From Candidatus Poribacteria bacterium (lineage in GTDB: Bacteria; Poribacteria; WGA-4E; WGA-3G), in the NCBI GenBank assembly GCA_965205015.1, contig OZ242029.1, forward strand, positions 3,744,001 through 3,808,000: a stretch of 64,000 nucleotides of DNA, read 5' to 3'. Below the pieces are notes generated by a model, which ran no database searches, was not told where the DNA came from, and saw only the letters and a program-made list of their open reading frames with translations. Position numbers and translations under genes: made by a program. Shown here piece after piece: positions 28,214 to 37,718 of the stretch (position 1 is its first letter; each line of letters begins with the position of its first letter).

Positions 28214-28885
28214 ATGCGGCGTAAACGGACACTTATTCTTATTCTCGCAACACTCGCTTTAATCCTCGGCCTCGGTTTGGTTATTAGCGTTCCGTTGGAC
28301 CTGCGGTTGCTTGTGCTGACCCCGAAGATGCTCAAGTATAAGGAGTTGATTCAGCGACACGCCACGAAAGAAGCATTGGACCCTCGACTGATTTGTGCCT
28401 TGATTGTGCAGGAATCTGGGTTTGACGAAAGGGCAGAAAGCGCGGTGGGCGCGCTGGGGTTGACACAATTGATGCCGACTACGGCGAAGGAACTCGGCGT
28501 GCAAGACCCGTTTGATGCGGATCAGAACATTGCGGGTGCGACGCGTCATCTACGGACGTTGTACAATGTTTTTCGAGAAAGCCCACACGAACATCGGCAT
28601 CGGTTAGTATTGGCGAGTTATAACGGAGGGCTCGGACGGGTTCGCGATGCCCAAGCACTTGTTCGTTACCATAAGGTGGGAGATCCGCTTCTCTGGGAGC
28701 CCGTGCGTGTTACGCTCAGCCAATTGACGAAACAGCACACCTCGATGCATCACGGGGTTTGGAAAGGCGACAAACCGCCCCACGGCTATTTTGAAGGTGC
28801 CAACCAGACATTGGCACACGTAGAACGGGTGATGCACTACTACGCACGCATCCGTTTCTATGAGAGGTTGCTGTTTTTCCTCTAA
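28214..28885 (+). CDS. lytic transglycosylase (SLT domain)
   Basis: QESGF, GALGLTQLMP, LASYNGG motifs; N-terminal TM. Confidence 0.9.
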   Translation: MRRKRTLILILATLALILGLGLVISVPLDLRLLVLTPKMLKYKELIQRHATKEALDPRLICALIVQESGFDERAESAVGALGLTQLMPTTAKELGVQDPFDADQNIAGATRHLRTLYNVFRESPHEHRHRLVLASYNGGLGRVRDAQALVRYHKVGDPLLWEPVRVTLSQLTKQHTSMHHGVWKGDKPPHGYFEGANQTLAHVERVMHYYARIRFYERLLFFL

Positions 28886-28889
28886 AACG

Positions 28890-29339
28890 TCAAGCCCGAT
28901 GGAAGATTTCATCTAACTGCTTGGAACGGTAAGCAAAAATTTTTTGTATATCTGGACGCACGAAAAATTTATCAACGAGTCCACCACCCCACACCGCATA
29001 TTCGACCACATCCCCCACAACAACACCTTCCTCAGTTTCATCAAAGGTATGCGCATGTCGCCAGAGTCGATACGGACCCCGACGTTGTTCATCTAAAAAA
29101 CTGTGAGGCGGATTCCACTCGGTAATCTCGGTCTGCCAGCGGATTGGGAAGCCGTGTAGTTTCAACCGATAGTCGATACGCGTTCCAACAAACATTTCAA
29201 TCGGTGCGGGGGTTAGGATTTCTAAGTTGACCCATGGCGGCGTAATTGCAGCAAGGTTATGTGCATTGGAGAAGAATTCAAAAACTTCTGGCAGTGGCTT
29301 CTTAATTGTTCGTTGTGATTTAAAAAGGAACGTTTTCAT
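28890..29339 (-). CDS. SRPBCC family protein
   Basis: VFEFF..NL..ITPP, FLDEQRRGPY..WRHAH, IFAYR. Confidence 0.85.
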   Translation of the reverse strand: MKTFLFKSQRTIKKPLPEVFEFFSNAHNLAAITPPWVNLEILTPAPIEMFVGTRIDYRLKLHGFPIRWQTEITEWNPPHSFLDEQRRGPYRLWRHAHTFDETEEGVVVGDVVEYAVWGGGLVDKFFVRPDIQKIFAYRSKQLDEIFHRA

Positions 29340-29621
29340 TTTTTTTGCTCCTATTTTTGTATATTTACGCAAGTTGCCACTTATTTATAGACATAGCACG
29401 CCTCATGAAGATTAAGAACTTAATCGGGTAATTTTTACCGAATTTACGGAGCTGGATTCGTCTGCGTTATCTGACCCGATCAAGGAAATTTGGTCGTCCT
29501 CATCAAGAACAAAAAGGTAAGTTTGTAGCACTAAGGCCCCAAAAGTATTCGTGCCTCTGCAAGCCATTGTGATCTTGTCGTATTGCTTTCCATAAAGAGA
29601 GGAGGTTAAGTCTCAGTTTTT

Positions 29622-29939
29622 CTATTTTGTTGTGGGTTGACCTACTGGATCAAACTCAGTTTGAATGTTTATCCATGAATCCCATCTATAACTTTCCGCT
29701 ACACCAATAGCAAAATTTCTTCCGTTATCCGCAAATGTCTTTACGTTTTCTGGAGGCATATCGGCAAAATGCCTCATCCGCATTATAATAGTGTTTTCAT
29801 CACCTCCAAGTCTAAATGAATACATAGCGGGTTGATCTGGAATCGTATTTATGTAGTGAATATAAGAATTCAACATGACGACTAGCCACTCTAAACGGGA
29901 CGGTGTGTATTCTTCAAATCCGGGTGATCTTTCTGACAT
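29622..29939 (-). CDS. hypothetical protein (AT-rich)
   Basis: 105-aa ORF with AGGAG RBS. Confidence 0.55.
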   Translation of the reverse strand: MSERSPGFEEYTPSRLEWLVVMLNSYIHYINTIPDQPAMYSFRLGGDENTIIMRMRHFADMPPENVKTFADNGRNFAIGVAESYRWDSWINIQTEFDPVGQPTTK

Positions 29940-29954
29940 CGTTTATCTCCTTTG

Positions 29955-30293
29955 CTACTTTTGAACAAGTAGAGTAACAATGATGCCTATGAGTGCAATA
30001 AGACTAGTAATGCCGAGCCCCATTAATGCCATCACTTGGGTTTTTACACCCTTGAGGTCATCCTGAATGCCCTTGAGGTCATCCTTAAGATCAGCCTTGG
30101 CTTCTCTGAGGTCATCCCTGAGATCCGTTTTGACTTCCCTAATGTCTTTCTCAAGGTCTGTTTTGACTTCTTTAACTCTCTCCTCTAAGTGGGATCTTAC
30201 CTCAGATAACTCCCGACTATACTGTTGTTCTTTTTGGGTGAGATAGCCTTCAAGCCCAGCAGTTATATCCTCACCTAATCTTCTGTTTTCCAT
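29955..30293 (-). CDS. coiled-coil protein with KxDL repeats and C-terminal TM (DUF1640/Bdr-like)
   Basis: VKTDLEKDIRE/VKTDLRDDLRE/AKADLKDDLKG 11-residue repeats; hydrophobic tail; AGGAG RBS. Confidence 0.7.
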   Translation of the reverse strand: MENRRLGEDITAGLEGYLTQKEQQYSRELSEVRSHLEERVKEVKTDLEKDIREVKTDLRDDLREAKADLKDDLKGIQDDLKGVKTQVMALMGLGITSLIALIGIIVTLLVQK

Positions 30294-30381
30294 GAATTTC
30301 TCCTGTGAAGCAGCGTTTTGTGGTGATGTTCATTAGACAGTTATGAGTATACCACAAAAGGAAAAAAACAGCAAAGTGGCA

Positions 30382-30555
30382 CTATCTGTCTGTAAGTTTC
30401 CGTCCCCATGTCTGTGGTTCTGGCAGTAGCATGAGAACCTCGTCCTGTTTCTGGGGTCTGTCGACTAAATCAATGCGTTTGGAATTTTCGTTGATGAGCG
30501 TGGTCTTCTGACCAGATGCCTGCGCGAGTTGCGCCTTGAGATCAACGATAAGGAA
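30382..30555 (-). pseudogene. headless 3' fragment of a coiled-coil gene
   Basis: 57 codons FLIVDLKAQLAQ...VLMLLPEPQTWGRKLTDR* with no start; in-frame stop 5 codons upstream. Confidence 0.4.
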
Positions 30556-30557
30556 GA

Positions 30558-30917
30558 CTATTCTCTGTCAGGCTCGGAGAAAGAATCGTCAGATTCGTGT
30601 TCCAATTGTGCGAGGCGTTTGTCGAGTTCCTGCTGCTTCCGCTCCAAGTGAAGGACATATAGAATGAAGACTAACCAGATGACTAAATAGGCGGCGGCAA
30701 GATATTTGAGGCGTGTGCTTTGCGCCTTTTCCAGTTTCGGGACGGATAGTTGCACCCCCTGTGCTAAAAGGTCTTCATCCATAGGGGATTCTAATTCTGA
30801 ATTTACTTCTGTAACAACTTTGTTGACTTCATCGTCTGTTAAGGTGATCGGGACTTGGGTTGCAAAGATGAATACCCCCAAAATCACCCCAAAACTCACA
30901 AGAACCGCTATTTTCAT
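30558..30917 (-). CDS. ccmD: CcmD-family heme exporter protein with N-terminal extension
   Basis: YLAAAYLVIWLVFILYV..L.RKQ..L pattern directly after ccmC. Confidence 0.7.
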   Translation of the reverse strand: MKIAVLVSFGVILGVFIFATQVPITLTDDEVNKVVTEVNSELESPMDEDLLAQGVQLSVPKLEKAQSTRLKYLAAAYLVIWLVFILYVLHLERKQQELDKRLAQLEHESDDSFSEPDRE

Positions 30918-31594
30918 TGAGATACCTCCCCTAAATATTTCTGCCGGACGATTTCATAGCGCGCTTCTGCCTTTTTCATTCGATATCGCACGATAAGCAG
31001 TAGAACAAACAGCATAATGAGTGCGAGCAGTGCCACCATCCATGTATGCTGCATCGTCGCTTCCAGGTTCCATTTAGTGCCACGGTCTGGATGCAAGCCT
31101 CCGTGCCAGATGTCTACGGCATAATAGACGATGGGTACGTCAAGATAGGCGATGATACCGAGGACGGCGGAATAGAGTCTACGTTTATCGCCTTCCAAGG
31201 CGGAACGGAGAATAAAATAACCGACGTACATGAGCCAAAGGACGAGGGTGCTGGTGAGACGCGCCTCCCAATTCCACCATGTATTCCAGGCGTATCGCGC
31301 CCAGATTGGACCCGACAGGAGTGCGATCGTGCAAAAAACGAGACCGAGTTCCGCTGCGGCGACTGCGAGAAGATCGTCGTTGGGTTTTCGTTGGATGAGG
31401 TATTTGATACTAAAGACGCAGTTAACACCGAAAGCCACAAAAACGGTGAGTGCGGCAGAGACGTGGTAGTAGAAGATTTTTTGGACTTCAAGCATTGTGC
31501 CTTCAATGCGGGCGTATCCGAAGATGAGATAGAGCGAGATAAAGACGAGAATGGCAGTGAGAGTGCCTACAATTTTAGTGCTTAGTTGTCCCAC
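30914..31594 (-). CDS. ccmC: heme exporter protein C / cytochrome c biogenesis
   Basis: KIFYYHV, GPIWARYAWNTWWNWEARLT (WWD domain), LHP. Confidence 0.9.
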   Translation of the reverse strand: MGQLSTKIVGTLTAILVFISLYLIFGYARIEGTMLEVQKIFYYHVSAALTVFVAFGVNCVFSIKYLIQRKPNDDLLAVAAAELGLVFCTIALLSGPIWARYAWNTWWNWEARLTSTLVLWLMYVGYFILRSALEGDKRRLYSAVLGIIAYLDVPIVYYAVDIWHGGLHPDRGTKWNLEATMQHTWMVALLALIMLFVLLLIVRYRMKKAEARYEIVRQKYLGEVSQ

Positions 31595-32367
31595 AATGAA
31601 CTCCCCGTTAGAATTTCGGGTCCGTCCGAGAGGATCGCCACGGTATGCTCAAAGAGCGCGGACAGGGTGCCGTCAAGCGTTGAGACGCTCCAACCATCTT
31701 CGAGTATCTCGACATCAGGGAGTCCAACGTTCACCATCGTTTCAATGGCGAGAACCATGCCCGGTCTCAGACGTAGACCGCGTCCTGCAACCCCCATGCA
31801 GGGGATCTCTGGTGCCTCATGGAGATTCCGCCCGATGCCGTGTCCGGCAAAATCTTGGAGGACAGAAAACCCTTCGGATTCTGCACCCTCTTGTAACTTA
31901 GAAGAGATGTCGCCGATACGATTTCCCGGTTTCGCTTCGGCTATCGCATTGTAGAGAGAACTCCGAGTTACGTTAAGTAACCGTGCGGCTGTCGGTGAAA
32001 CCTCTCCGACGGGGAAGGTGTATGCGTTATCACCGTGGTAGCCGTCGATGCTGACAGCCGTGTCAATCCCGATGATGTCTCCTTCCTGTAGCACTTCCTT
32101 TGAATCTGGAATCCCGTGGATGACGATATCGTTCATCGAGACACATATTGTGGCGGGATAAGGCGCATGCTCCGGGAGTTGGTAGCCTAAAAAGGAAGAT
32201 GTGGCGTTGACTTCGGCGATTGTATCGCGCGAGATGCGTTCCAAGTCGGCAGTGGATACCCCCGGTGTGATAGCCTCGCCAATGCGCTTCAGCACCGTCG
32301 CTGCTGCTTTGCCGCTCCGCTTCATCTTCTCAATTTCGACTTTGCTCTTGATTCTAACTTTGTCCAT
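31582..32367 (-). CDS. map: type I methionine aminopeptidase
   Basis: HGIP, GYHGD, GHGIG..LHE, AIE, FEHT. Confidence 0.95.
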   Translation of the reverse strand: MDKVRIKSKVEIEKMKRSGKAAATVLKRIGEAITPGVSTADLERISRDTIAEVNATSSFLGYQLPEHAPYPATICVSMNDIVIHGIPDSKEVLQEGDIIGIDTAVSIDGYHGDNAYTFPVGEVSPTAARLLNVTRSSLYNAIAEAKPGNRIGDISSKLQEGAESEGFSVLQDFAGHGIGRNLHEAPEIPCMGVAGRGLRLRPGMVLAIETMVNVGLPDVEILEDGWSVSTLDGTLSALFEHTVAILSDGPEILTGSSLWDN

Positions 32368-33812
32368 TAGATTACCTGTCCAATTAAGGTATGTGCTGTT
32401 GTGCTGTGAACGCGAACGTTTACAATTTCACCGATGTGGCTGTCTGCTTTAGGGAATACAGTCGTCTTGAAACCGTCCGTTTTTCCGTGGTATCTATCCG
32501 CATCGCGACGGGATTCGCCTTCCACAAGCACAGTGACGGTATCACCGACTACAGCCTTGTTGATGTCGGCGGAAATGTTCTCTTGAAGTTCAATAATCTG
32601 TTTGAGACGTTCTCCCTTTACTGCTTCAGGCACATCATCGGGTAGGGCTCTGTGGGCGAGTGTTCCCTCACGCTCGGAATACTTGAACATGAACGCTGAA
32701 TCGTATCGGATATCTGTCATCATCTGATAGGTTTCCATGAACTCCTCATCGGTTTCGCCACAAAAGCCGACAATAATATCGGTTGTGAGGGAAATGTCAG
32801 GGATGCGTTCACGGAGTTTTGAGACGAGTGCCCGGTACTCTTCGGCTGTATAGGTTCGACGCATCCGCGCAAGGACCTCGGTTGAACCGGACTGTAGGGG
32901 GAGGTGCAGATGCTTACAGACGGCTGGTGAATTCGCCATTGCATCAATCATACTGTCGGTCGCGTCTGCGGGGTGTGGCGAGGTAAATCGCACGCGTTCC
33001 AAACCCTTCACTTCGCCGATAACGTAGAGAAGATCTCCGAAATCAGCCCCATTGTCTCGGTAGGAGTTGACGGTTTGTCCAAGAAGCACGACCTCTTTGA
33101 ACCCTTGGTCAACGAGTTTTTCGACATCTTCAACGAGAAGTTTTAGCGGGAGGCTGCGTTCTCTGCCGCGAACGAAAGGGACGATGCAGAAGGTACACAT
33201 CTTGTCGCATCCGCGCTGAATGGTGAGCCACGCCCGAATCCCCTCTTTTCGGATGGGCGCGATGTCGGCGTAATCCTCGTTTTTATCCAACCGTAACCCG
33301 ACAAATGGGTCGCGATCCGTCAAGGAGACATGCGATTCGACATCACGTGCCAAGGCGTCCAAAGCCGTCGGCAGATTCCGGTACGCGTCCGGGCCCATGA
33401 CGAGATCGACATAAGGGGCAGCATCCAAGAGTCGGTCGCGGAGGTGTTGTGCCATACAACCGCAGACGCCAATAATGAGTTCCGGGTGGCGACGTTTCCG
33501 GTGGTTCAGCTGCTTCAGCCGATTAATCACTTTCGTTTCGGCGTTTTCCCGGATCGCGCAAGTGTTGACGAGGACGACATCCGCATCGTCGAGGTGTGGA
33601 ACGGTCTGGTGTCCACTTTTCGTCAAAATGCCTGCCATCAGTTCGCTGTCGCTGACGTTCATCTGACACCCGTAGGTTTCGATGTAAACACGCCGGGCAT
33701 GTGCCGGTATTGCCCCAGAAGCACTTTCGTCTTGTGGGACCTGTGGCGGTGGATGTGGTGCGTCTGCGATGTCGTTTTTATTGTAGAGTGGGAAAAGCGT
33801 ATCGTTTTTCAT
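32367..33812 (-). CDS. miaB: tRNA methylthiotransferase MiaB
   Basis: TYGCQMN..DSE, GCDKMCTFC radical SAM motif, RFTSPHP, C-terminal TRAM. Confidence 0.95.
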   Translation of the reverse strand: MKNDTLFPLYNKNDIADAPHPPPQVPQDESASGAIPAHARRVYIETYGCQMNVSDSELMAGILTKSGHQTVPHLDDADVVLVNTCAIRENAETKVINRLKQLNHRKRRHPELIIGVCGCMAQHLRDRLLDAAPYVDLVMGPDAYRNLPTALDALARDVESHVSLTDRDPFVGLRLDKNEDYADIAPIRKEGIRAWLTIQRGCDKMCTFCIVPFVRGRERSLPLKLLVEDVEKLVDQGFKEVVLLGQTVNSYRDNGADFGDLLYVIGEVKGLERVRFTSPHPADATDSMIDAMANSPAVCKHLHLPLQSGSTEVLARMRRTYTAEEYRALVSKLRERIPDISLTTDIIVGFCGETDEEFMETYQMMTDIRYDSAFMFKYSEREGTLAHRALPDDVPEAVKGERLKQIIELQENISADINKAVVGDTVTVLVEGESRRDADRYHGKTDGFKTTVFPKADSHIGEIVNVRVHSTTAHTLIGQVI

Positions 33813-33859
33813 TTTTTTTACTATGGGACCTTGGGCTGCCTTCCATAAATTATATCGAC

Positions 33860-34624
33860 TTATCCAATATAATCTTGATGGTATTTCCAGACATCGATCG
33901 TGAAGAGATCGCCTATATACGCGAGAACCCGGTATCTTAGCGTGCGCGTCAATCCGACGTTCACTTTGAACGGAACTGCCTGTGCGAAGAGGTACCCGAA
34001 CGATGCGTCCTCGGCGAGGAACGTCGTTTCACCGTTTGTCGGATGCGGAAAGATAGCGACACCCACAGAACTCTGTTCAGCAGCCGTGATGCCGGAGAGC
34101 GTTCCCCATACCGACCGATTCCCATTCACTTCCGATTCGCCGATGCGTCCGTTTGCATCCGCGGCTTTACGGTACTCCATCTCGGCTGTGTGACATCCAA
34201 GCCCGATGTTACCCGCAAATTCAAGCGAAGTCGTAGGCGCGTACAACGAGACCGCGATGTCCAGCACTTGTGCTTCGGTTTGAGGTGGATGGACATCCGT
34301 GGTGCAAGTTTCTATGAGCAGCGGTTCCGACGCGTTCCAGGTCGTGACGATTGTGAATTTTTCCGAAACGCCTCCGTTCGATGGTTCTCTGGCACGGGTC
34401 AGTGTGTTCGGATCGAGTTGCTCGCCGTTGACGGTTCCCAATGTGAAGCAGATCCCTGGTGGATATTGTCCTTGGGGGTACTCCCCCTCGGTTACCACGC
34501 GTCCATCCGGTGTATAGAGCGGATGAAAATAAGGTGGCTTTTCAAGGTCGCCGTAACAGTAAGTGAGTATCGGTGCCCTGTCTTTTGTAATAGATAATTC
34601 GTTTTTATTCATTTTGTGTATCAT
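33860..34624 (-). CDS. DUF6807 / PmoA-like beta-sandwich protein
   Basis: PYFHPLYTPDG, VAIFPHPTN, LRYRV motifs. Confidence 0.6.
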   Translation of the reverse strand: MIHKMNKNELSITKDRAPILTYCYGDLEKPPYFHPLYTPDGRVVTEGEYPQGQYPPGICFTLGTVNGEQLDPNTLTRAREPSNGGVSEKFTIVTTWNASEPLLIETCTTDVHPPQTEAQVLDIAVSLYAPTTSLEFAGNIGLGCHTAEMEYRKAADANGRIGESEVNGNRSVWGTLSGITAAEQSSVGVAIFPHPTNGETTFLAEDASFGYLFAQAVPFKVNVGLTRTLRYRVLAYIGDLFTIDVWKYHQDYIG

Positions 34625-34649
34625 AAGTTCTTTTATAGAATTATACCAC

Positions 34650-34817
34650 GCATCTTCAGATAATGCAAGTGCGATTTAGCAATCAGCAATCGGTTAACTG
34701 ACAACAGGACTTGCGCAGCATCCTTTGCTGTCGAGGTTTGAAACCTCGACAGCGACGTGTGGGCATCTTCAGATAATGCAAGTGCGATTTAGCAATCAGC
34801 AATCGGTTAACTGACAA
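34650..34817. repeat. perfect 55-bp direct repeat flanking a 58-bp REP-containing insert
   Basis: 34650-34704 = 34763-34817; insert contains AGGACTTGCGCA and GCTGTCGAGGTT-tga-AACCTCGACAGC. Confidence 0.9.
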
Positions 34818-34935
34818 GTAAAAAATTGACAAACGTACAATGGACATGCTAAAATAAATGTGGATGTCCGAAGTCCATCCTGATATGCATCATCGGTAAA
34901 AATTAAAAACATCATCACCGAATAAGGAGTCATCA

Positions 34936-35811
34936 ATGTTCAACGCGAATCCTTTCCACCAGCCGGGGCAATGGTACCGAGGAAATACACATAGTCACAG
35001 CACAGAGTCCGATGGACAGTTACCCATGTCGGACCGGTTCGCTGCATACCGTGAAGCGGGTTATGATTTTCTGGTGTTGACAGACCATCGTAAAGTCAAC
35101 GATGTGAGCGCTTATAGTACATCAGATTTTTTGGCAATCTCAGGAAGCGAAGTGCATCCGTCGAATCCCTATGGTGGCTCGACGTATCACTTTGTCGCTA
35201 TTAATATTCATGAGACCCTCAATTGTGCGAAGATGCACCCGAACGCGGTGCTCGAAGAAATTAAAGCGCAGGGCGGCGAAGCCGTTTTATGTCATCCGTA
35301 TTGGTCGGGGCATACGATTACAGATTATCTACCCTTGCAGGGTTATTTCGCTATTGAAGTCTACAACGACACCTGTATGGGCATCGGCAAAGGCTTTTCC
35401 GAGCAGGCATGGGATGATCTGTTGGATAGAGGGGGACCTGTTTTGGGCATCGCCTCGGACGATGCACACGGCACCGAACACGACTGCTTCCACGGCTGGA
35501 TTATGGTAAAAGCACAAGAACTGACGATTGAGAGTATCATGGCAGCCCTTCGAACCGGGGCATTCTATTCCACGCTCGGACCCGAAATTGTGGATATGAC
35601 GTTAGCGGGTAACGAACTAACGGTTCAGTGTTCAGAGGCGCAATCAATTGTCTTCAAATCTGAGTGCAGTCGCGGTCGACGGATTCTGCCGCCAGCGGGT
35701 GAACTTTTGACTGAGGCGACATATAGCATTCCGAAAGGCGTAAAATACGTCCGAGTTGAAGTAACAGACGAAACCGGTAAGAAAGCTTGGTCGAACCCGT
35801 TCTTTTTCTAA
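34936..35811 (+). CDS. PHP-domain metallohydrolase (CehA/McbA family)
   Basis: GNTHSHSTESDG, TDH, HP, SDDAH, AWSNP. Confidence 0.85.
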   Translation: MFNANPFHQPGQWYRGNTHSHSTESDGQLPMSDRFAAYREAGYDFLVLTDHRKVNDVSAYSTSDFLAISGSEVHPSNPYGGSTYHFVAINIHETLNCAKMHPNAVLEEIKAQGGEAVLCHPYWSGHTITDYLPLQGYFAIEVYNDTCMGIGKGFSEQAWDDLLDRGGPVLGIASDDAHGTEHDCFHGWIMVKAQELTIESIMAALRTGAFYSTLGPEIVDMTLAGNELTVQCSEAQSIVFKSECSRGRRILPPAGELLTEATYSIPKGVKYVRVEVTDETGKKAWSNPFFF

Positions 35812-35838
35812 GAGCGTCTTGATGTTTTCGCGGGTGCT

Positions 35839-36870
35839 GTGATGCAAAACATTCTGGTGTGCCAGACAGGTGGCTGGATCGGGGACATGGTGCTGCTCAC
35901 CCCGGCACTGCGCGCCCTGAAGCACGCGTTCCGTGAATCTCGCCTGGAGCTTCTATTGCGTCCCCGCGTCGCAGATTTAATGGAATCGCACCCTTATGTT
36001 GATGCCTGCATCGTTGATAAAAAAACGGATGGACGCTGCCGATCGCTCATGAGGTTAGTAAGTCGGGTCCGACAGACATCTTTTGACCTTGCTGTCGTAT
36101 TGCATCCGACCTCATTCCGAAACGCTTTGCTACCGTTCCTTACGCGAATTCCAATTCGCGTTGGAACGAACGTTAGTGGACGTGGCATGCTGCTGACGAA
36201 GTCTTGTCGGGATGATACAAGCGTCCATGAGGTACATCGGTACCTACGGGTGCTGCAGCTGCTGGATATTGATACGGCGTCGGATGCTTTGGAATTTTGG
36301 CATACAGACGCTGATCGGCAGTTCATTGAAAATCTCTTGCGTGCTGCAGGTTTTTCACGTAACGATCGGCTCATCGCTGTTAACTTAGGTACAACGTGGC
36401 GGACAAAACGCTGGGACATCGCAAAATTCACCGAGGTTATTCGACGAATTACATGCCTTGTCCCAGAAACGAAAGTCGTCTTAACGGGTTCACCCACTGA
36501 GCAGACACTTACAGAAGCACTACCTGCGTCGTTACCGATCATCAATCTTGTCGGGCAGACGTCGATCCTGCAACTCGGTGCGTTATTAGAGCGGTGTGAA
36601 GTGTGTTTAACCTGTGATAGCGGTCCTATGCACATCGCCGCAGCGGTCGGTACTCCGACGGTAGCCCTCTTCGGTCCGACAGATCCGGTGCGACATCGTC
36701 CTTATGGTGTTGGACATACGGTCATTGAGAAGTCGGTCTCGTGTCGTCCGTGCTATAAGCGGTCGTGTCATCGACAAGACGCACCCCACCTATGCACGCA
36801 AGAGATCGGAATAGATGAAGTCGTAACAGCGGTTGAAACGAGACTGTATCAGAAGGCTTCTGTCGTTTAG
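35839..36870 (+). CDS. LPS heptosyltransferase II-like glycosyltransferase (GT9)
   Basis: IGDMVL, KRW, DSGPMHIAAAVGTPTVALFGPT, CRPC. Confidence 0.9.
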   Translation: MMQNILVCQTGGWIGDMVLLTPALRALKHAFRESRLELLLRPRVADLMESHPYVDACIVDKKTDGRCRSLMRLVSRVRQTSFDLAVVLHPTSFRNALLPFLTRIPIRVGTNVSGRGMLLTKSCRDDTSVHEVHRYLRVLQLLDIDTASDALEFWHTDADRQFIENLLRAAGFSRNDRLIAVNLGTTWRTKRWDIAKFTEVIRRITCLVPETKVVLTGSPTEQTLTEALPASLPIINLVGQTSILQLGALLERCEVCLTCDSGPMHIAAAVGTPTVALFGPTDPVRHRPYGVGHTVIEKSVSCRPCYKRSCHRQDAPHLCTQEIGIDEVVTAVETRLYQKASVV

Positions 36871-36898
36871 ACATAAGATTTATAGAAAAGGAGACTGA

Positions 36899-37648
36899 AT
36901 GAAGGACATCCACGCATTGGTTTTTGATTTCGGAGGCACTTTAGATGGGAATGGTATTCATTGGTTGGAGCGAACGTATCAGTTTATCCACGAACGACAT
37001 CCGGAAATTACGCGTGAGGCGTTCGACGCAGCGGATAGGGCGGCAATAACAGAGTTTGCCTTCGGAGAGGCTTCACATGAGTGGTTTCATCAAGACGGTT
37101 CGATGCTGCCGGTCGGGGCAGTTGCATCTGAGTATGCGGCGCGTTGCACACTACGAGAGACTGCTGACGCCATTGCAGTGGGAATTTATAAGCGGTTGGG
37201 ACTGAGCGAGAAAATGAAAGACGCGTACGTTGATTGGTTCTGTGAGGGTGCCGCTAAAAGTCTTGCAGAGAATCGACGCTGGCTCGAAACACTCCAGGGT
37301 AGCTATCAACTCGCTGTGATTAGTAATAACTTTGGGAATGCCCGCGGGTGGTGCGATGAATATGGACTCTCACCTTTGCTTGAGGTAATTATAGACTCTA
37401 CGGTTTTGGGGATAGCGAAGCCAGACGCTCGCATATTTGAGGCGGCTTTGTCGGAATTGGGGGTTGCGCCGCATCAAGCTGTCTACGTTGGGGATAGTTA
37501 TTCTGCGGATATGGTTGGCGGTAAGAATGCAGGTCTGTGGACAGCGTGGCTTGTTGGGGATCAGATGAAACCGTGTCCAGACGCTTCTATGGTAGATGTT
37601 CGGCTCTCCCATCTACACGAATTGACTCGTTTTCTGGAGGAAAAATAA
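36899..37648 (+). CDS. HAD family hydrolase
   Basis: DFGGTLD, ISN, KPD, VGDS..ADM motifs. Confidence 0.88.
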   Translation: MKDIHALVFDFGGTLDGNGIHWLERTYQFIHERHPEITREAFDAADRAAITEFAFGEASHEWFHQDGSMLPVGAVASEYAARCTLRETADAIAVGIYKRLGLSEKMKDAYVDWFCEGAAKSLAENRRWLETLQGSYQLAVISNNFGNARGWCDEYGLSPLLEVIIDSTVLGIAKPDARIFEAALSELGVAPHQAVYVGDSYSADMVGGKNAGLWTAWLVGDQMKPCPDASMVDVRLSHLHELTRFLEEK

Positions 37649-37661
37649 AATTTTCAGGAGG

Positions 37662-37690
37662 TAATGGGCAGACCCTCGTTCTGCCCATTA
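37662..37690. terminator. hairpin between convergent genes
   Basis: TAATGGGCAGA-7nt-TCTGCCCATTA. Confidence 0.6.
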
Positions 37691-37718
37691 GATTGTAGTG
37701 TCGGGATATCGGACGTTG

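Noticed and set aside
33860-34624. PmoA-like label suggesting methane oxidation
   Set aside because: Soluble beta-rich protein without the membrane helices or pmoCAB context of particulate methane monooxygenase
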